Part shown: piece by piece, positions 18,880 through 29,033 of the stretch
Layout: every line of letters starts with the position of its first letter
Position numbering within the stretch: the stretch's first letter is position 1
Source of the DNA: Candidatus Methanomethylophilaceae archaeon
Lineage (GTDB): Archaea; Thermoplasmatota; Thermoplasmata; Methanomassiliicoccales; Methanomethylophilaceae
Length of the DNA stretch: 64,000 nucleotides
Assembly (NCBI GenBank): GCA_944320495.1
Contig: CALUHR010000013.1
Location: 64,001-128,000 of the forward strand
Reading direction: 5' to 3'
The notes under the pieces: model-generated
What the model was told of the DNA's origin: nothing
What the model saw: the letters and a program-made list of their open reading frames with translations, nothing else
Databases searched by the model: none
Translations under genes and position numbers: made by a program

Positions 18880-20916
18880 TCACATCCCCCCCAGGATCAT
18901 GGCGATGACGACGAACAGCGCGGCGAGCACGGAGACTCCGAGCAGGATGACCGCGGTGTAGTCGTGGACGTTACCGGTCTGCATCTTGCTGATGGTGTCT
19001 CCTCCGCCGACGACGGCCGCGGACAGCCCGTTGACGGTGCCGTCGATGACCTGCCTGTCGACATAGTTGACTCCCTTGGCAACTCCGTATCCGAACTTCC
19101 AGGAGACCCAGTTGTAGAACTCGGGGAAGTACCACCTGTTGGCGAGGACCTTGTAGAGTCCGGACTCGCCGTGCTTGTTGAACCTGCCGGGGTCCACGGT
19201 CTTCTTCGCGTACATGAGGTAGGCGATGCCGATACCCAGGAGGGCCAGCACGATGGTGAGGTAGGTGTACGGGTTGGTGAACAGGTGCTCGAAGTAGTGG
19301 ACCATTCCACCGGCATGACCGCCACCGACGATGAACGCGGTGTCGGTGACCTCGAACGAGACCATGCCGTCGAGGCCGAACATGATGAGGAATCCGCTCA
19401 GGACGGCGAAGACCGAGAGGATGACCAGCGGAGCGGTCATAGTCTTGGGGGACTCGCCGTGGCAGTGCTGGGTGTTGGCACCCTCCTCGCCCATGAAGGT
19501 CATGAACCACATGCGGAACATGTAGAACGCGGTCATGAACGCGGTGATGACTGCGAGCAGCCACAGGACGGTGAACCAGATGGTCTGGTCCCCGGCCTCG
19601 AGGGCGATGTCGAGGACGAGATCCTTGGACCAGAATCCGCTGAAGAGCGGGAATCCGGCGATGGACAGCGAACCGAGCAGCATGGTGATCGAGGTGATCT
19701 TCATGTGCTTGCCCAGGCCGCCCATCAGGCGCATGTCCTCGGTGCCCACGGAGTGGATCACGGATCCGGAGCACATGAACAGCAGGGCCTTGAAGAAGGC
19801 GTGGTTCATCATGTGGAAGCATCCGGCGGTGAATCCGGCGGTACCGGCGGCGATGAGGGCGGTTCCCTCGGCTCCTCCCATGTCCATTCCGAGAGCCACG
19901 AGGTAACCTCCGGCTCCCAGGGCCAGGATCATGTATCCGAGCTGGGACACGGTGGAGAAGGCCAGGACCTTCTTGATGTTGTAGTTATTGAGCGCCATGG
20001 TGGCCGCGAAGAACGCGGTGACTCCTCCGATGATACCGACGAACAGCATGACCTCGGGGTCCTGGATGAACAGGGGGTATCCCCTCGCGACGAGGTAGAC
20101 ACCGGCCTTGACCATTGTCGCGGCGTGGATCAGAGAGGAGACGGTGGTCGGACCGGCCATCGCATCCGGCAGCCAGTCGTGGAGCGGGAACTGGGCGCTC
20201 TTTCCGATGACTCCGCCGAACACGAGGAGCATTCCGAGCGTGATCATGGTGGAGTCGGCGTTGGCGATGTTGGCGGGGTCGAACAGCTCGGTGTAGTCCA
20301 GGCTGTGGAACTCGCCAAGCAGGATGAACAGGCCGGCCATGAGGCAGACGTCTCCCATCCTGGTGACGAGGAAGGCTTTCTTGGCGGCGGAGGCCGCGTT
20401 TGCGGAGGCCGCGTCGCCGTCGTTGTGCCTGAAGGACCAGAACCCGATGAGCAGGTACGAGCACAGTCCCATGACCTCCCAGAAGATGAACATCTCGAGG
20501 AAGTTGCTGGAGACGATGAGCCCGAGCATTCCGGTCAGGAACAGGGAGACCTCGGCGTAGTACCTGGTCTTCCTGGCGCCCTCGGCGTGCATGTATCCGA
20601 TGGAGTAGATGAAGATCAGGGTCGAGATGAACGACGAGAACAGCATCATCATGCAGGTGAGGCCGTCCACGTAGTATCCGAGGTTGATCTCGAAGTCTCC
20701 GATGGCGAACCATGCGATCTGAGAGGTCACAGGCTCCGGATAGGCGTCGCCGGTGAGGTACTCGTACGCGATGAGCGCGGAAATGATGAACGAGAGCAGG
20801 GCTCCCGCGATAGCGATGTAGCCGCCTTTCTCGGGCGTCTTCCTGCCGAGGAGACCCACGATCAGGAAGCACAGCATCGGGATGAGGGGCACGAGCCATG
20901 TGTATTCTATGAACAT
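18880..20916 (-). CDS. fpoL: Fpo-like complex subunit L (NuoL)
   Basis: 'FWEVMGLCSYLLIGFW', 'GKSAQFPLHDWLPDAMAGPTTVSSLIHAATMV', 'HAFFKALLF'. Confidence 0.95.
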   Translation of the reverse strand: MFIEYTWLVPLIPMLCFLIVGLLGRKTPEKGGYIAIAGALLSFIISALIAYEYLTGDAYPEPVTSQIAWFAIGDFEINLGYYVDGLTCMMMLFSSFISTLIFIYSIGYMHAEGARKTRYYAEVSLFLTGMLGLIVSSNFLEMFIFWEVMGLCSYLLIGFWSFRHNDGDAASANAASAAKKAFLVTRMGDVCLMAGLFILLGEFHSLDYTELFDPANIANADSTMITLGMLLVFGGVIGKSAQFPLHDWLPDAMAGPTTVSSLIHAATMVKAGVYLVARGYPLFIQDPEVMLFVGIIGGVTAFFAATMALNNYNIKKVLAFSTVSQLGYMILALGAGGYLVALGMDMGGAEGTALIAAGTAGFTAGCFHMMNHAFFKALLFMCSGSVIHSVGTEDMRLMGGLGKHMKITSITMLLGSLSIAGFPLFSGFWSKDLVLDIALEAGDQTIWFTVLWLLAVITAFMTAFYMFRMWFMTFMGEEGANTQHCHGESPKTMTAPLVILSVFAVLSGFLIMFGLDGMVSFEVTDTAFIVGGGHAGGMVHYFEHLFTNPYTYLTIVLALLGIGIAYLMYAKKTVDPGRFNKHGESGLYKVLANRWYFPEFYNWVSWKFGYGVAKGVNYVDRQVIDGTVNGLSAAVVGGGDTISKMQTGNVHDYTAVILLGVSVLAALFVVIAMILGGM

Positions 20917-20918
20917 GC

Positions 20919-21227
20919 TTACCACCTCATGGATGTGAGACCGTCCTCGTCGAGTTCGGTCGTCTTCCTCATCTTGTAGGCGTTCAGCAGGATGGCGATA
21001 CCGACTGCGACCTCGGCTGCGGCGACGGTGATCGTCATGATGACGAAGACCTGCCCCATGATGTCGGGGTGGTACGCTCCGAACGCGACGAAGTTGATGT
21101 TGGCGGCGTTGAGCATCAGCTCGATGCACATCAGGACGATGATGGCGTTGCTCTTGGTGGCGACGCCGTACGCTCCGATGGCGAACAGGATGGCTCCGAG
21201 GATGAGGAAGTACTCAAGCGGAATCAT
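20919..21227 (-). CDS. fpoK: Fpo-like complex subunit K (NuoK)
   Basis: 'LMCIELMLNAANINFV', 'AAAEVAVGIAI'. TAA stop. Confidence 0.95.
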   Translation of the reverse strand: MIPLEYFLILGAILFAIGAYGVATKSNAIIVLMCIELMLNAANINFVAFGAYHPDIMGQVFVIMTITVAAAEVAVGIAILLNAYKMRKTTELDEDGLTSMRW

Positions 21228-21540
21228 CGTTCTCTGCCTCCTCTCTCGAAATGACCACTCCGCCGACCATCGCGCCGAACATGAGCAGCGCGAGCGGGAT
21301 CAGGACCAGGCCGTACTTCTCGAAGATGTTGTACGGGAGACTGGTCTCCTTGAGGTCGCCGTTCTCGTCATAGATGCCGTCCTCGTCCCCGGTGTTGAAC
21401 GTGGGGCCGCCCGGCAGGGGGGTGTCGGTGGTCGTGTAGTCGTCCCAGTCGACCGAGGCGATGCCGATCACGAGGACTGCCAGCAGCAGGACCGCGGCGG
21501 TCGCTCCGATCGCGACCTTCTTGTTGACTCCCTTACTCAT
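21214..21540 (-). CDS. fpoJ: Fpo-like complex subunit J, C-terminal part (J2)
   Basis: 'IFEKYGLVL...ALLMFGAMVGGVVI', matching the NuoJ C-terminal helix. Confidence 0.8.
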   Translation of the reverse strand: MSKGVNKKVAIGATAAVLLLAVLVIGIASVDWDDYTTTDTPLPGGPTFNTGDEDGIYDENGDLKETSLPYNIFEKYGLVLIPLALLMFGAMVGGVVISREEAENDDSA

Positions 21541-21874
21541 TGGAGTCTCCCTCCTTCTTCATGATGTACCTCCTCGTCAGCATGATGCTGAAGGCGAAGA
21601 GGATGGTGATCGCACCGACGTACACCAGGATCTGGATGACGCCGATGAACTCCGCCTCGAGGAAGAAGTAGACGAACCCGACGCACAGGAACACCAGTGC
21701 CAGGTAGAACGCGCTGTGGACGACCTCCTTGTCAGTCACAACGTACAGCGCTGCGAGGACCGCGATGGCGGCCAGGATGAAGAACGCAACCAGGTCCAGA
21801 TTGCTCAGGAGGAAGTTGCTGAAGTCACCCGTTCCCTCGCAGAACGCGTTCCAAATGTCTCTTGCTATTGCCAT
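21533..21874 (-). CDS. fpoJ: Fpo-like complex subunit J, N-terminal part (J1)
   Basis: 'VVHSAFYLALVF..VG.VYF.LEAEFIGVIQILVYVGAI.ILF.F.IML'. TAA stop. Confidence 0.9.
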   Translation of the reverse strand: MAIARDIWNAFCEGTGDFSNFLLSNLDLVAFFILAAIAVLAALYVVTDKEVVHSAFYLALVFLCVGFVYFFLEAEFIGVIQILVYVGAITILFAFSIMLTRRYIMKKEGDSNE

Positions 21875-22617
21875 CACAGCACCTCCTTCATGACGAGCGC
21901 GTCCTTCGGACAGTCGTCGATGCAGTTGCTGCAGCTGATGCACTTGACCTCGTCGATGACGGGGCGGAGGATCGGTTTGCCGGTCTTCTCGTTGGTTCCC
22001 TTCTCCACCATCTGGATGGCGTCGACGGGGCAGACCTTGGCGCACTTCTTGCAGCCGATGCACTTGGCGTCGGTCAGCTCCGGCCTGTCGAGACTGAACA
22101 CGGACACGCGCCTCTCGGCGTTGCCGTTGTCGATGTCCGACTGCAGAGTGACCTCCAGCTTGACCTTCATGCCCTCGGTGGTCTTGTCGTACGCGAGCCT
22201 GCGGGGTCCGTACAGCAGGTCGAACCTGGTGAACTCGGCGAGCTCGTACTCGGGGGTGACGGTCATGGCGTCGACGGGGCAGTACTCGGCGCAGTATCCG
22301 CACATGGCGCACCTGCCGAGGTTGACCTGAGGCCTCTTGACGGTCTTGCCGTCGGCGGCCTCTGAGTCGACGATCTTGATGCACGCGGTGGGGCACATGC
22401 GGGCGCACATGCCGCATCCGACGCATTTGTCGAAATCGAGTCCCGGGCGTCCGCGATAGTTGTCCGGCACCCACTCCTTCTCGTAGGGGTACAGGACGGT
22501 GACCGGCCTGTGGAAGACGGTCTTCGCGAAGAGCTTCAGGACGTGCCACTGGGGTTTGATGACCCAGAGTCCCCTCGCTGTGCTGCGGGGGTACTTTTCG
22601 AGATACTTCATAGCCAT
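21874..22617 (-). CDS. fpoI: Fpo-like complex subunit I (NuoI) with four CxxCxxCxxxCP motifs
   Basis: 'T..YPYEK...PDNYRG', CVGCGMCARMCP, CAMCGYCAEYCP, CIGCKKCAKVCP, CISCSNCIDDCP. Confidence 0.93.
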   Translation of the reverse strand: MAMKYLEKYPRSTARGLWVIKPQWHVLKLFAKTVFHRPVTVLYPYEKEWVPDNYRGRPGLDFDKCVGCGMCARMCPTACIKIVDSEAADGKTVKRPQVNLGRCAMCGYCAEYCPVDAMTVTPEYELAEFTRFDLLYGPRRLAYDKTTEGMKVKLEVTLQSDIDNGNAERRVSVFSLDRPELTDAKCIGCKKCAKVCPVDAIQMVEKGTNEKTGKPILRPVIDEVKCISCSNCIDDCPKDALVMKEVL

Positions 22618-23795
22618 CGGAAGAACCCTCCTACCTTGAGCAGCAGAACGACTGCCAGGTTGATCACGGACAGGGGCATGAAGACCTTCCATCCGATGTT
22701 GACGATCTGGTCGGGCCTGACACGTCCGAGGGCGGCCCTCACGAGGATCATGAGGAAGAACACGAACCAGGTCTTCAGCAGGAACACGATCTCGGGTATG
22801 GGGCCGTTTCCGATGATGGGGAGCGCCCATCCGCCGAGGTACATGATTGTGACCATGGCGCACGCGACGTAGCCTCTGAAGTAGTCGGCCAGCATGATGA
22901 GACCCCACTTCATTCCGGCGTACTCGGTCTGCCATCCCTCGACCAGCTCGGCCTCTGCCTCGGCGATATCGAAGGGCACACGCTCGGACTCCGCTGTGGC
23001 GCAGAAGAAGAACGTGATGAAACCGATGATCTGCGGGATGAAGTACCAGACGGTCTCGTACTGGGCGTCCACAATGTCGCCGATGTTGAAGCTGCCGGCG
23101 AGCAGGGCGGTGGTCGCGATCATGATGAGCATCGGGACCTCATAGGAGATCATCAGCTCGGCCGCACGCATACCTCCGATCATGGCGTACTTGTTGTTCT
23201 GGGACCATCCGGACACAAGGATGAAGAACGGGGCCAGGGCGAAGAACGCCATGATGATCAGGAGACCGGAATCGTAGTTGACGACGAACCATCTCTGGGA
23301 CAGAGGGATCATACAGGCGAGCAGGACGGAGACACCGATGACCAGGGACACAGTCCACATGTAGGTCATGTTGTCGACCTTCTTCGGGATGGTGTTCTCC
23401 TTCATGAAGGTCTTGAGACCGTCGGCAACGCACTGGAGGAATCCCTTCATTCCCACCATGGTTCCCCTTCTGTCCATCATCCTACCGAGGCACTTACGCT
23501 CCATCCATAGGGAGATGAGCGTACATACGAACACCACGATGAAGACGATGAGCATGAAGATTATCAGCGACAGGAGGACGCACACGGGCTCGCTCATGAG
23601 CCAGTCCGACACGGGGTTCTCCGGGAAGATCAGGTTGATGAGCCAGGCGAGGGCTCCTCCGATGATCTTCCAGAGGCCGTACGAGATGGCGAACGGCAGG
23701 TTGTAGACGTCCTCGAACGGGTAGTACGCGTTGTCCATCACGTACTGGCCGTTGAAGTCGATGAAATCCAGGATGCTTGTGTATTCCACTACCAC
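22608..23795 (-). CDS. fpoH: Fpo-like complex subunit H (NuoH)
   Basis: 'WMERK..GRM.DRRG', 'QCVADGLK.F.KE', 'GGMRAA...ISYE', 'ERVPFDIAEAEAELV.G..TEY.G', 'RVRPDQ'. GTG start at 23795 or 23804. Confidence 0.93.
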   Translation of the reverse strand: MVVEYTSILDFIDFNGQYVMDNAYYPFEDVYNLPFAISYGLWKIIGGALAWLINLIFPENPVSDWLMSEPVCVLLSLIIFMLIVFIVVFVCTLISLWMERKCLGRMMDRRGTMVGMKGFLQCVADGLKTFMKENTIPKKVDNMTYMWTVSLVIGVSVLLACMIPLSQRWFVVNYDSGLLIIMAFFALAPFFILVSGWSQNNKYAMIGGMRAAELMISYEVPMLIMIATTALLAGSFNIGDIVDAQYETVWYFIPQIIGFITFFFCATAESERVPFDIAEAEAELVEGWQTEYAGMKWGLIMLADYFRGYVACAMVTIMYLGGWALPIIGNGPIPEIVFLLKTWFVFFLMILVRAALGRVRPDQIVNIGWKVFMPLSVINLAVVLLLKVGGFFRWL

Positions 23796-23800
23796 GCTGA

Positions 23801-24964
23801 TCACCTGTCGGTTTCTCCGAGGCACATGTCGATCTGGGCGAGGACGGCCGGAACATCGGCGATCCTGACGCCCTGGCACTGCAGCTTGGCGGAGGATACG
23901 TTCGTGAAGATCGGACTGCGGACCTTGAGCCTGTAGGGCTTGTCGGTTCCGTCGGACACGAGGTACATGAGGGACTCGCCGCGCGGGTCCTCCATCCTCA
24001 TGAAGTGGGTTCCGGCGGGGACCCTGGACGGGGCCTTGACCCTGTAGGGGGCGTTCTTCCCGAGAGCCTGGATCTTCTTCACGGCCTGCCTGATGATCTC
24101 GCAGGACTGGAACATCTCCTCGGTACGGATCATGTACCTGGCGTAGGAATCGCCCTCGGTCAGCACGGGGACCTCGAAGTCGACCTTGTCGTAGTTGTCG
24201 TAGGGGTCGTCCCTGCGGATATCGAAGTCGACGCCGCATCCCCTCATGGCGGGGCCGGTGAGTCCGACGTTGGCGGCCTGCTCCCTGGTGATGTAGCTGA
24301 TGCCTTTCATCCTCGATACGATGATCGAGCTGTCGTCCATCAGCGCGATGATCTCCCAGAGGGCCTTCTCGAACCTGTCGACGGTGCGGAGGATGTCCCT
24401 GTCGAAGAGCTCGGTGGTGTCGTTGCGGACACCTCCGATCCTCGGGTAGTTGGTGGTCATCCTGGCTCCGCAGAGCTTGACGTTCAGGTCGAGGAAGTAC
24501 TCCCTCTCCCTCATGGCCCACAGGAAGACGGTCAGGTTACCGAGGTCGGTACCTACCGCGGCGAGCCACATGAGGTGCGAGTTGATGCGGCAGACCTCGT
24601 CCGCCACGATCCTGATGTACTTGGCCTTCTCCGGGATGTCCATCCCGAGGGCCTTCTCGACCGTCATGCAGTACAGGTGGGTGTAGGTCATCGAGGCGGC
24701 GTAGCAGAGACGGTCCGCCATGGGGATGATCTTGGGATAGGTCCTGTTCTCGGTCTCCTTCTCCCACCCCCTGTGCAGGTAGCCGACGATGGGCTCCGCA
24801 TCAACGCAGATCTCTCCGTCGACCTTGATCTTCAGGGTCCACAGTCCGTGCGAGAACGGGTGCTGGGGTCCCATGATGATCCACATCTTGTCGGTTTCCA
24901 TCTTGTCGGCCTGCTGCTGGAGCTTCTCCTCGGCCGCAACGATGGGCGCTATTGAGTCAGCCAT
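23801..24964 (-). CDS. fpoD: Fpo-like complex subunit D (NuoD)
   Basis: 'GPQHP.SHG', 'GYLHRG.EK', 'DRLCY', 'LTGP.MRG.GV..DIR', 'E.PRGE', 'PYRLKVRSP'. Confidence 0.96.
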   Translation of the reverse strand: MADSIAPIVAAEEKLQQQADKMETDKMWIIMGPQHPFSHGLWTLKIKVDGEICVDAEPIVGYLHRGWEKETENRTYPKIIPMADRLCYAASMTYTHLYCMTVEKALGMDIPEKAKYIRIVADEVCRINSHLMWLAAVGTDLGNLTVFLWAMREREYFLDLNVKLCGARMTTNYPRIGGVRNDTTELFDRDILRTVDRFEKALWEIIALMDDSSIIVSRMKGISYITREQAANVGLTGPAMRGCGVDFDIRRDDPYDNYDKVDFEVPVLTEGDSYARYMIRTEEMFQSCEIIRQAVKKIQALGKNAPYRVKAPSRVPAGTHFMRMEDPRGESLMYLVSDGTDKPYRLKVRSPIFTNVSSAKLQCQGVRIADVPAVLAQIDMCLGETDR

Positions 24965-25434
24965 CACTCCTGCCCCCTGAGCTTGTATGATTTCCTGAAC
25001 GGGAAGAACTCGTAGGTCTGAGGCGTGAGGAGCCTCTCGAGCTTCGGGTGACCGTCGAAGACGATTCCGAACAGCTCCCAGGTCTCCCTCTCGTGCCAGT
25101 TGACCCCCTCCCAGATGCAGGTGACGGAGTCCACGTGGGGATCGTCGTTGGGGATGTCGGCGGAGAGCTCGATCATGAGTCCGTTCCAGTAGTTGGACAG
25201 GTGGTAGACCACGGTGAGGTGGTCGACGTAGTCGACGCCGATGACGGTGGAGCAGTGCTCGAACGAGAGGTTGTCGTGGATGTACTGGCACACCTCGCGG
25301 ACCTTCTCCCTGGGGAGCTTCGCGAAGACCCTGCGGGCCTCGGTGCCGGTGACCTCCACCTCGGGGAACCTCTCGGTCAGGAGGGTTTTGACCTCCTCCT
25401 CGGTGGGTTTCTGGTAGACTGCGGACGTGTCCAT
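24964..25434 (-). CDS. fpoC: Fpo-like complex subunit C (NuoC)
   Basis: 'W.GVNWHERETWELFGIVFDGHPKLERLL'. Confidence 0.95.
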   Translation of the reverse strand: MDTSAVYQKPTEEEVKTLLTERFPEVEVTGTEARRVFAKLPREKVREVCQYIHDNLSFEHCSTVIGVDYVDHLTVVYHLSNYWNGLMIELSADIPNDDPHVDSVTCIWEGVNWHERETWELFGIVFDGHPKLERLLTPQTYEFFPFRKSYKLRGQE

Positions 25435-25436
25435 TC

Positions 25437-26000
25437 TCAGTCCTCCAGGAACGCGCCTCTCCTGAAGTAGTCCTCGATCTTCTTCTGGAGCAGCATGAAT
25501 CCGTCGATCATGGCGTCGGGACGTGCGGGGCATCCGGGGATGTAGACATCCACGGGCACGATCTGGTCGAGGCCCTGCACGGTGTTGTAGGAGTCGTACC
25601 AGGGTCCGCCGGAGATGGCGCACTCGCCCATGGCCACGACCCACTTGGGGTTGGGGATCTGCTCGTACAGACGCCTGAGGTCCGGACGGATCTTCTTGGA
25701 GATCCAGCCGTTGACGAGCAGGATATCGGTCTGCCTGGGGGACGAACGGTAGATCATACCGTAACGCTCGGCATCATACCTGGGGGCCGACGCGGCCGCC
25801 ATCTCCAGGGCGCAGCAAGCGAGACCCCAGTGCAGAGGGTGCATGGAGTTCTTCATCGCCCAGGACCAGATGGGTCCGGTCAGCTCGTCGATGGTCTTCT
25901 TGGTACCGGAGCTCAGAAGGTCGTTGATCATCGCATCGGACCACGACATGAACTCGTCGGCACTCATTGCCACCGCATGGGGGTAGAGGCTCATATCCAT
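25437..26000 (-). CDS. fpoB: Fpo-like complex subunit B (NuoB)
   Basis: 'W.MKNSMHP..WGLACCALEM', 'RSSPRQ.D.L.V.G', 'AMGECAISGG', 'DVYIPGCP.RP'. Confidence 0.96.
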   Translation of the reverse strand: MDMSLYPHAVAMSADEFMSWSDAMINDLLSSGTKKTIDELTGPIWSWAMKNSMHPLHWGLACCALEMAAASAPRYDAERYGMIYRSSPRQTDILLVNGWISKKIRPDLRRLYEQIPNPKWVVAMGECAISGGPWYDSYNTVQGLDQIVPVDVYIPGCPARPDAMIDGFMLLQKKIEDYFRRGAFLED

Positions 26001-26353
26001 ACGTTCTCCTCCTTTTTGAGTGAGTAGCATACCCCAAGAATCAGAATCGCGAAGAAGGCGATCATCATGACCTGAGCCGTTATCGACAGTCCGGAGAATG
26101 CGACTGCCCAGATCATGAGGAAGGTCGCGACCAGGTCGAATACCACGAAGATCAGTGCGAACGTGTAGTACTGGAACCTGAACTGGACCTGAGCCTCTCC
26201 GATCGGTTCGGAACCGCACTCGTAGGTGGATTCCATCCACTGAGTGGGTTTCTTGGGCCGGATGAACCTGGATGCCCACCATGCCAGCGGTGCGAAGCCC
26301 AGCGCGATGACTGCGACTATCGCCAATGGCATGTAAAATGCTACTAGAGACAT
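25991..26353 (-). CDS. fpoA: Fpo-like complex subunit A (NuoA)
   Basis: 'YECGSEP.G.A...F..QYY.FALIFVVFDL'. Confidence 0.95.
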   Translation of the reverse strand: MSLVAFYMPLAIVAVIALGFAPLAWWASRFIRPKKPTQWMESTYECGSEPIGEAQVQFRFQYYTFALIFVVFDLVATFLMIWAVAFSGLSITAQVMMIAFFAILILGVCYSLKKEENVWI

Positions 26354-26376
26354 TGGACGCGCGCACGGAGTTGCAG

Positions 26377-26383
26377 TATAAAA
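26377..26383 (-). promoter_or_regulatory. TATA box of the fpo operon
   Basis: TTTTATA on the minus strand, 24-30 nt upstream of the fpoA ATG, consistent with a leaderless transcript. Confidence 0.5.
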
Positions 26384-26494
26384 TAACTAAGGAAGGCCAG
26401 CTTAAATTATATTTAAAAGAAAGAGGGGAGCGAGATAAGCCAGGACCCGGCGAATCGCCACACCTATTTAGTGGCACTGGGATGCCCATCCATC

Positions 26495-27304
26495 ATGACC
26501 GCACGCATCGGATTCATCGGCGCCGGGAAGATGGCCGAGGCCCTGATGGCCGGACTCCTGGCGAAGGGCGTATGCTCGAAGGACGACATCATCGCCTGCG
26601 CCCCCAGCGAGGGGACCAGGAGGCACATCTCGGAGACCTACGGGATCGCGATGTTCCAGACCGCCACCGAGGTGGTCTCCATGGTGGACGAGGTCGTCCT
26701 CGCCGTCAAGCCCGCGCAGGTCCGCACCGTGATGGTCGACGAGGGCGCCGCATCGGCCTTCAGGCCCGGGACCCTCCTCCTCAGCGTCGTCGCGGGGCTC
26801 ACCGTGAACGGCCTGAAATCATATGTGCCAGACGCAAAGATCGTGCGTGTCATGCCGAACCACTGCGTGGCCGTTCTGGAGGGCGCCATGGGCTACACCA
26901 CGGACGGCACGCTGACCCCCGAGGAGCTGAATGGAGTATCATCCATCCTGGGTTCCGTGGGCCTCGCCGTGCAGGTGCCCGAGGAGAAGATGGACGCCAT
27001 CACCGGCCTCGCCGGGAGCTCCCCCGCGTTCATATATCAGGTGATAGACGCGATGGCCGACGCTGGCGTGCTCAACGGCATCCCGAGGAGGGACGCCATA
27101 ACACTGGCCGCGCAGTCGGTGCTGGGGGCCGCCAAGATGGTTCTCGAGACCGGGAAGCACCCGGACCAGCTGAAGGACGAGGTCTGCTCCCCCGGCGGCA
27201 CCACCATCGAGGGCGTCCGCGCCGCGGAGGACATGGGACTCCGCTCCGCGATGATCGCCGCGGTGGATGCGGCGGTATCCAAGTCGAGGGAGATGAGCAG
27301 GCGA
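26495..27304 (+). CDS. proC: Pyrroline-5-carboxylate reductase (269 aa with CGA stop 27302-27304)
   Basis: 'IGFIGAGKMAEAL', 'LAVKP', 'RVMPN', 'GLAGSSPAF', 'L...VCSPGGTTIEG', terminal 'AA..KSREM' directly before the CGA. Confidence 0.95.
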
Positions 27305-29029
27305 TCGGCGCCTCAGGAACGACTTCGCGAGGCCCATGACCACCCTGGGACCGTTGGACCATATCGATCCGGCGTCCCAGTCCAGGTCCTTCTTGTTGGC
27401 GATGGTGGAGTTCATCATCCTGATGCCCTCCTCCTTCGTCTCCCACAGCTTCGCATCCCTCTCCCCCTGATCGGGGATGAGCATGATCTCGTCGATGCGG
27501 TGCATCAGCGAGCGGGCCTTCTCCGTGCGGTCGACCCTGTCGTCATAGACCTCCTTCGATGTGCGTCCCGCCTCGTGCTCGCATCTCGCGAGCTCGTTGG
27601 CCGCGTCGTAGGAGATCTCGGCGACGTCGTCCCTGGTCATCCACTTCGTCTCGTAGGACAGGACGTGCTTCCACGATGGGTTGTCCAGGAGCCTCCTGTG
27701 GTCCTCCAGCGTGTGGGCGCGGAGGGTGTATCCCCACTCGTCGGGATGCTCGAATATCCTGCTCCCGGGGTCGACGAAGGGCGCGAACGGGGCGTTGTAG
27801 ATGAACAGGTTGTCCTCCGGCCTGACCGAATCCCATAGCTTCTTGGAGGCTCTGGCACTGTTCATGGCGGACTCGCGGTCCTGGAACGGGAGACCGTTCA
27901 TGTAGAACAGGTCGAACCTGCTGCAACCGCATTCGAAGGCCGTCGGCACGGTGCGCTCGATGGCCTCGTTCGTATAGCCCTTCCCGAGCGCCGAGCGCAC
28001 GGCCTCGTCGTGGGAGTCGGGCGAGAACTCGATGGACCATCCGGCCTCCAGGGAGCGGTCGATCTCCGTGAAGTAGTCCGGTCCGGCGCCGTTGAAGAGC
28101 TCGATGACCACATGGTTCCTTATGCCGATCTCGCGGCACTCCCTGAGGAACCTGGTGGCGTAGTCGCGGCCGGCCTGCCTCAAGTCGCCCACGATGAACA
28201 CGGGAGTGTCAAGATAGGACTGAATGGACTCTATGTCCTGTGCGAGCCTCTCCGGGCTGCGGAACGCCGGCTTCCTCCTGCAGACGACGGTTCCGTTCGC
28301 GTAGTGGGAACCGCCGCACTCGGCGCAGTTGATGGAGCATCCGCGCACTGTGAACACGGAGGTCAGCGGGAGCCTGTCCCACCCGTACCACGGGAGGGCC
28401 CCTTTGATGTCCATGTTCCTGAGGACACCGCGGATCATCGTCCCGTAGTCGAACCTTATGGAATCCAGCGATTCCAGAGAATGGGACACGCCGTTGTCGT
28501 GCACCTTCCCCTCGGAGTCCTTCCAGACGAGGTTCGGCACCTCCGACAGGTCACCTCCCCTCTGCAGGACCTCCATCATCTTCACGGTCGGGACCTCGGT
28601 GGTGTCCCCGCACATGACCAGGTCCACCTCGGGACGGCGGATCAGCTCGTCCTTGAAGTAGGACGACGTGAGCCCCCCGAACTCGACCTTCGATTCGGGA
28701 TGGAGCCTCTTGACGATCTTCGCCAGCTCCAGCGCGCCGTGCGCGTGGGGCATCCAGTGGAGGTCTATGGCGAAGACGTCAGCATGGAGCTTGCGGATGC
28801 ATTCCTCGGCGTCGAAGCTGTCGCTCTGCAGCATCCGGACCGCGATGTTGACGATGCGGGTGCGGAAGCCTGCGGCCTCCAGCTCCGAGGAGATGGTCAT
28901 GAAGCCCACGGGGTACATCTCGAACACCGGGGACGACGGGATGACGTCGGACACCGGCCCGTAGAATATGGGCTTCTTGCGGAAATCGTAGACGCTGGGC
29001 GCATGCAGGAACACTATCTCCGTCTTCAA
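27305..29029 (-). CDS. B12-binding radical SAM protein (574 aa with CGA stop 27307-27305)
   Basis: N-terminal 'FLHAPSVYDFR', B12-binding domain 'AIDLHWMPH', 'RGCSINCAECGGS' (CxxxCxxC). TTG start. Confidence 0.88.
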
Positions 29030-29033
29030 CCGA

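Noticed and set aside
15884-24955. Very long plus-strand ORFs opposite the fpo operon (e.g. 17341-20979, 1212 aa) and other antisense ORFs throughout the track
   Set aside because: These are shadow ORFs expected from high-GC codon bias. They have no recognisable motifs and lie fully antisense to conserved genes.
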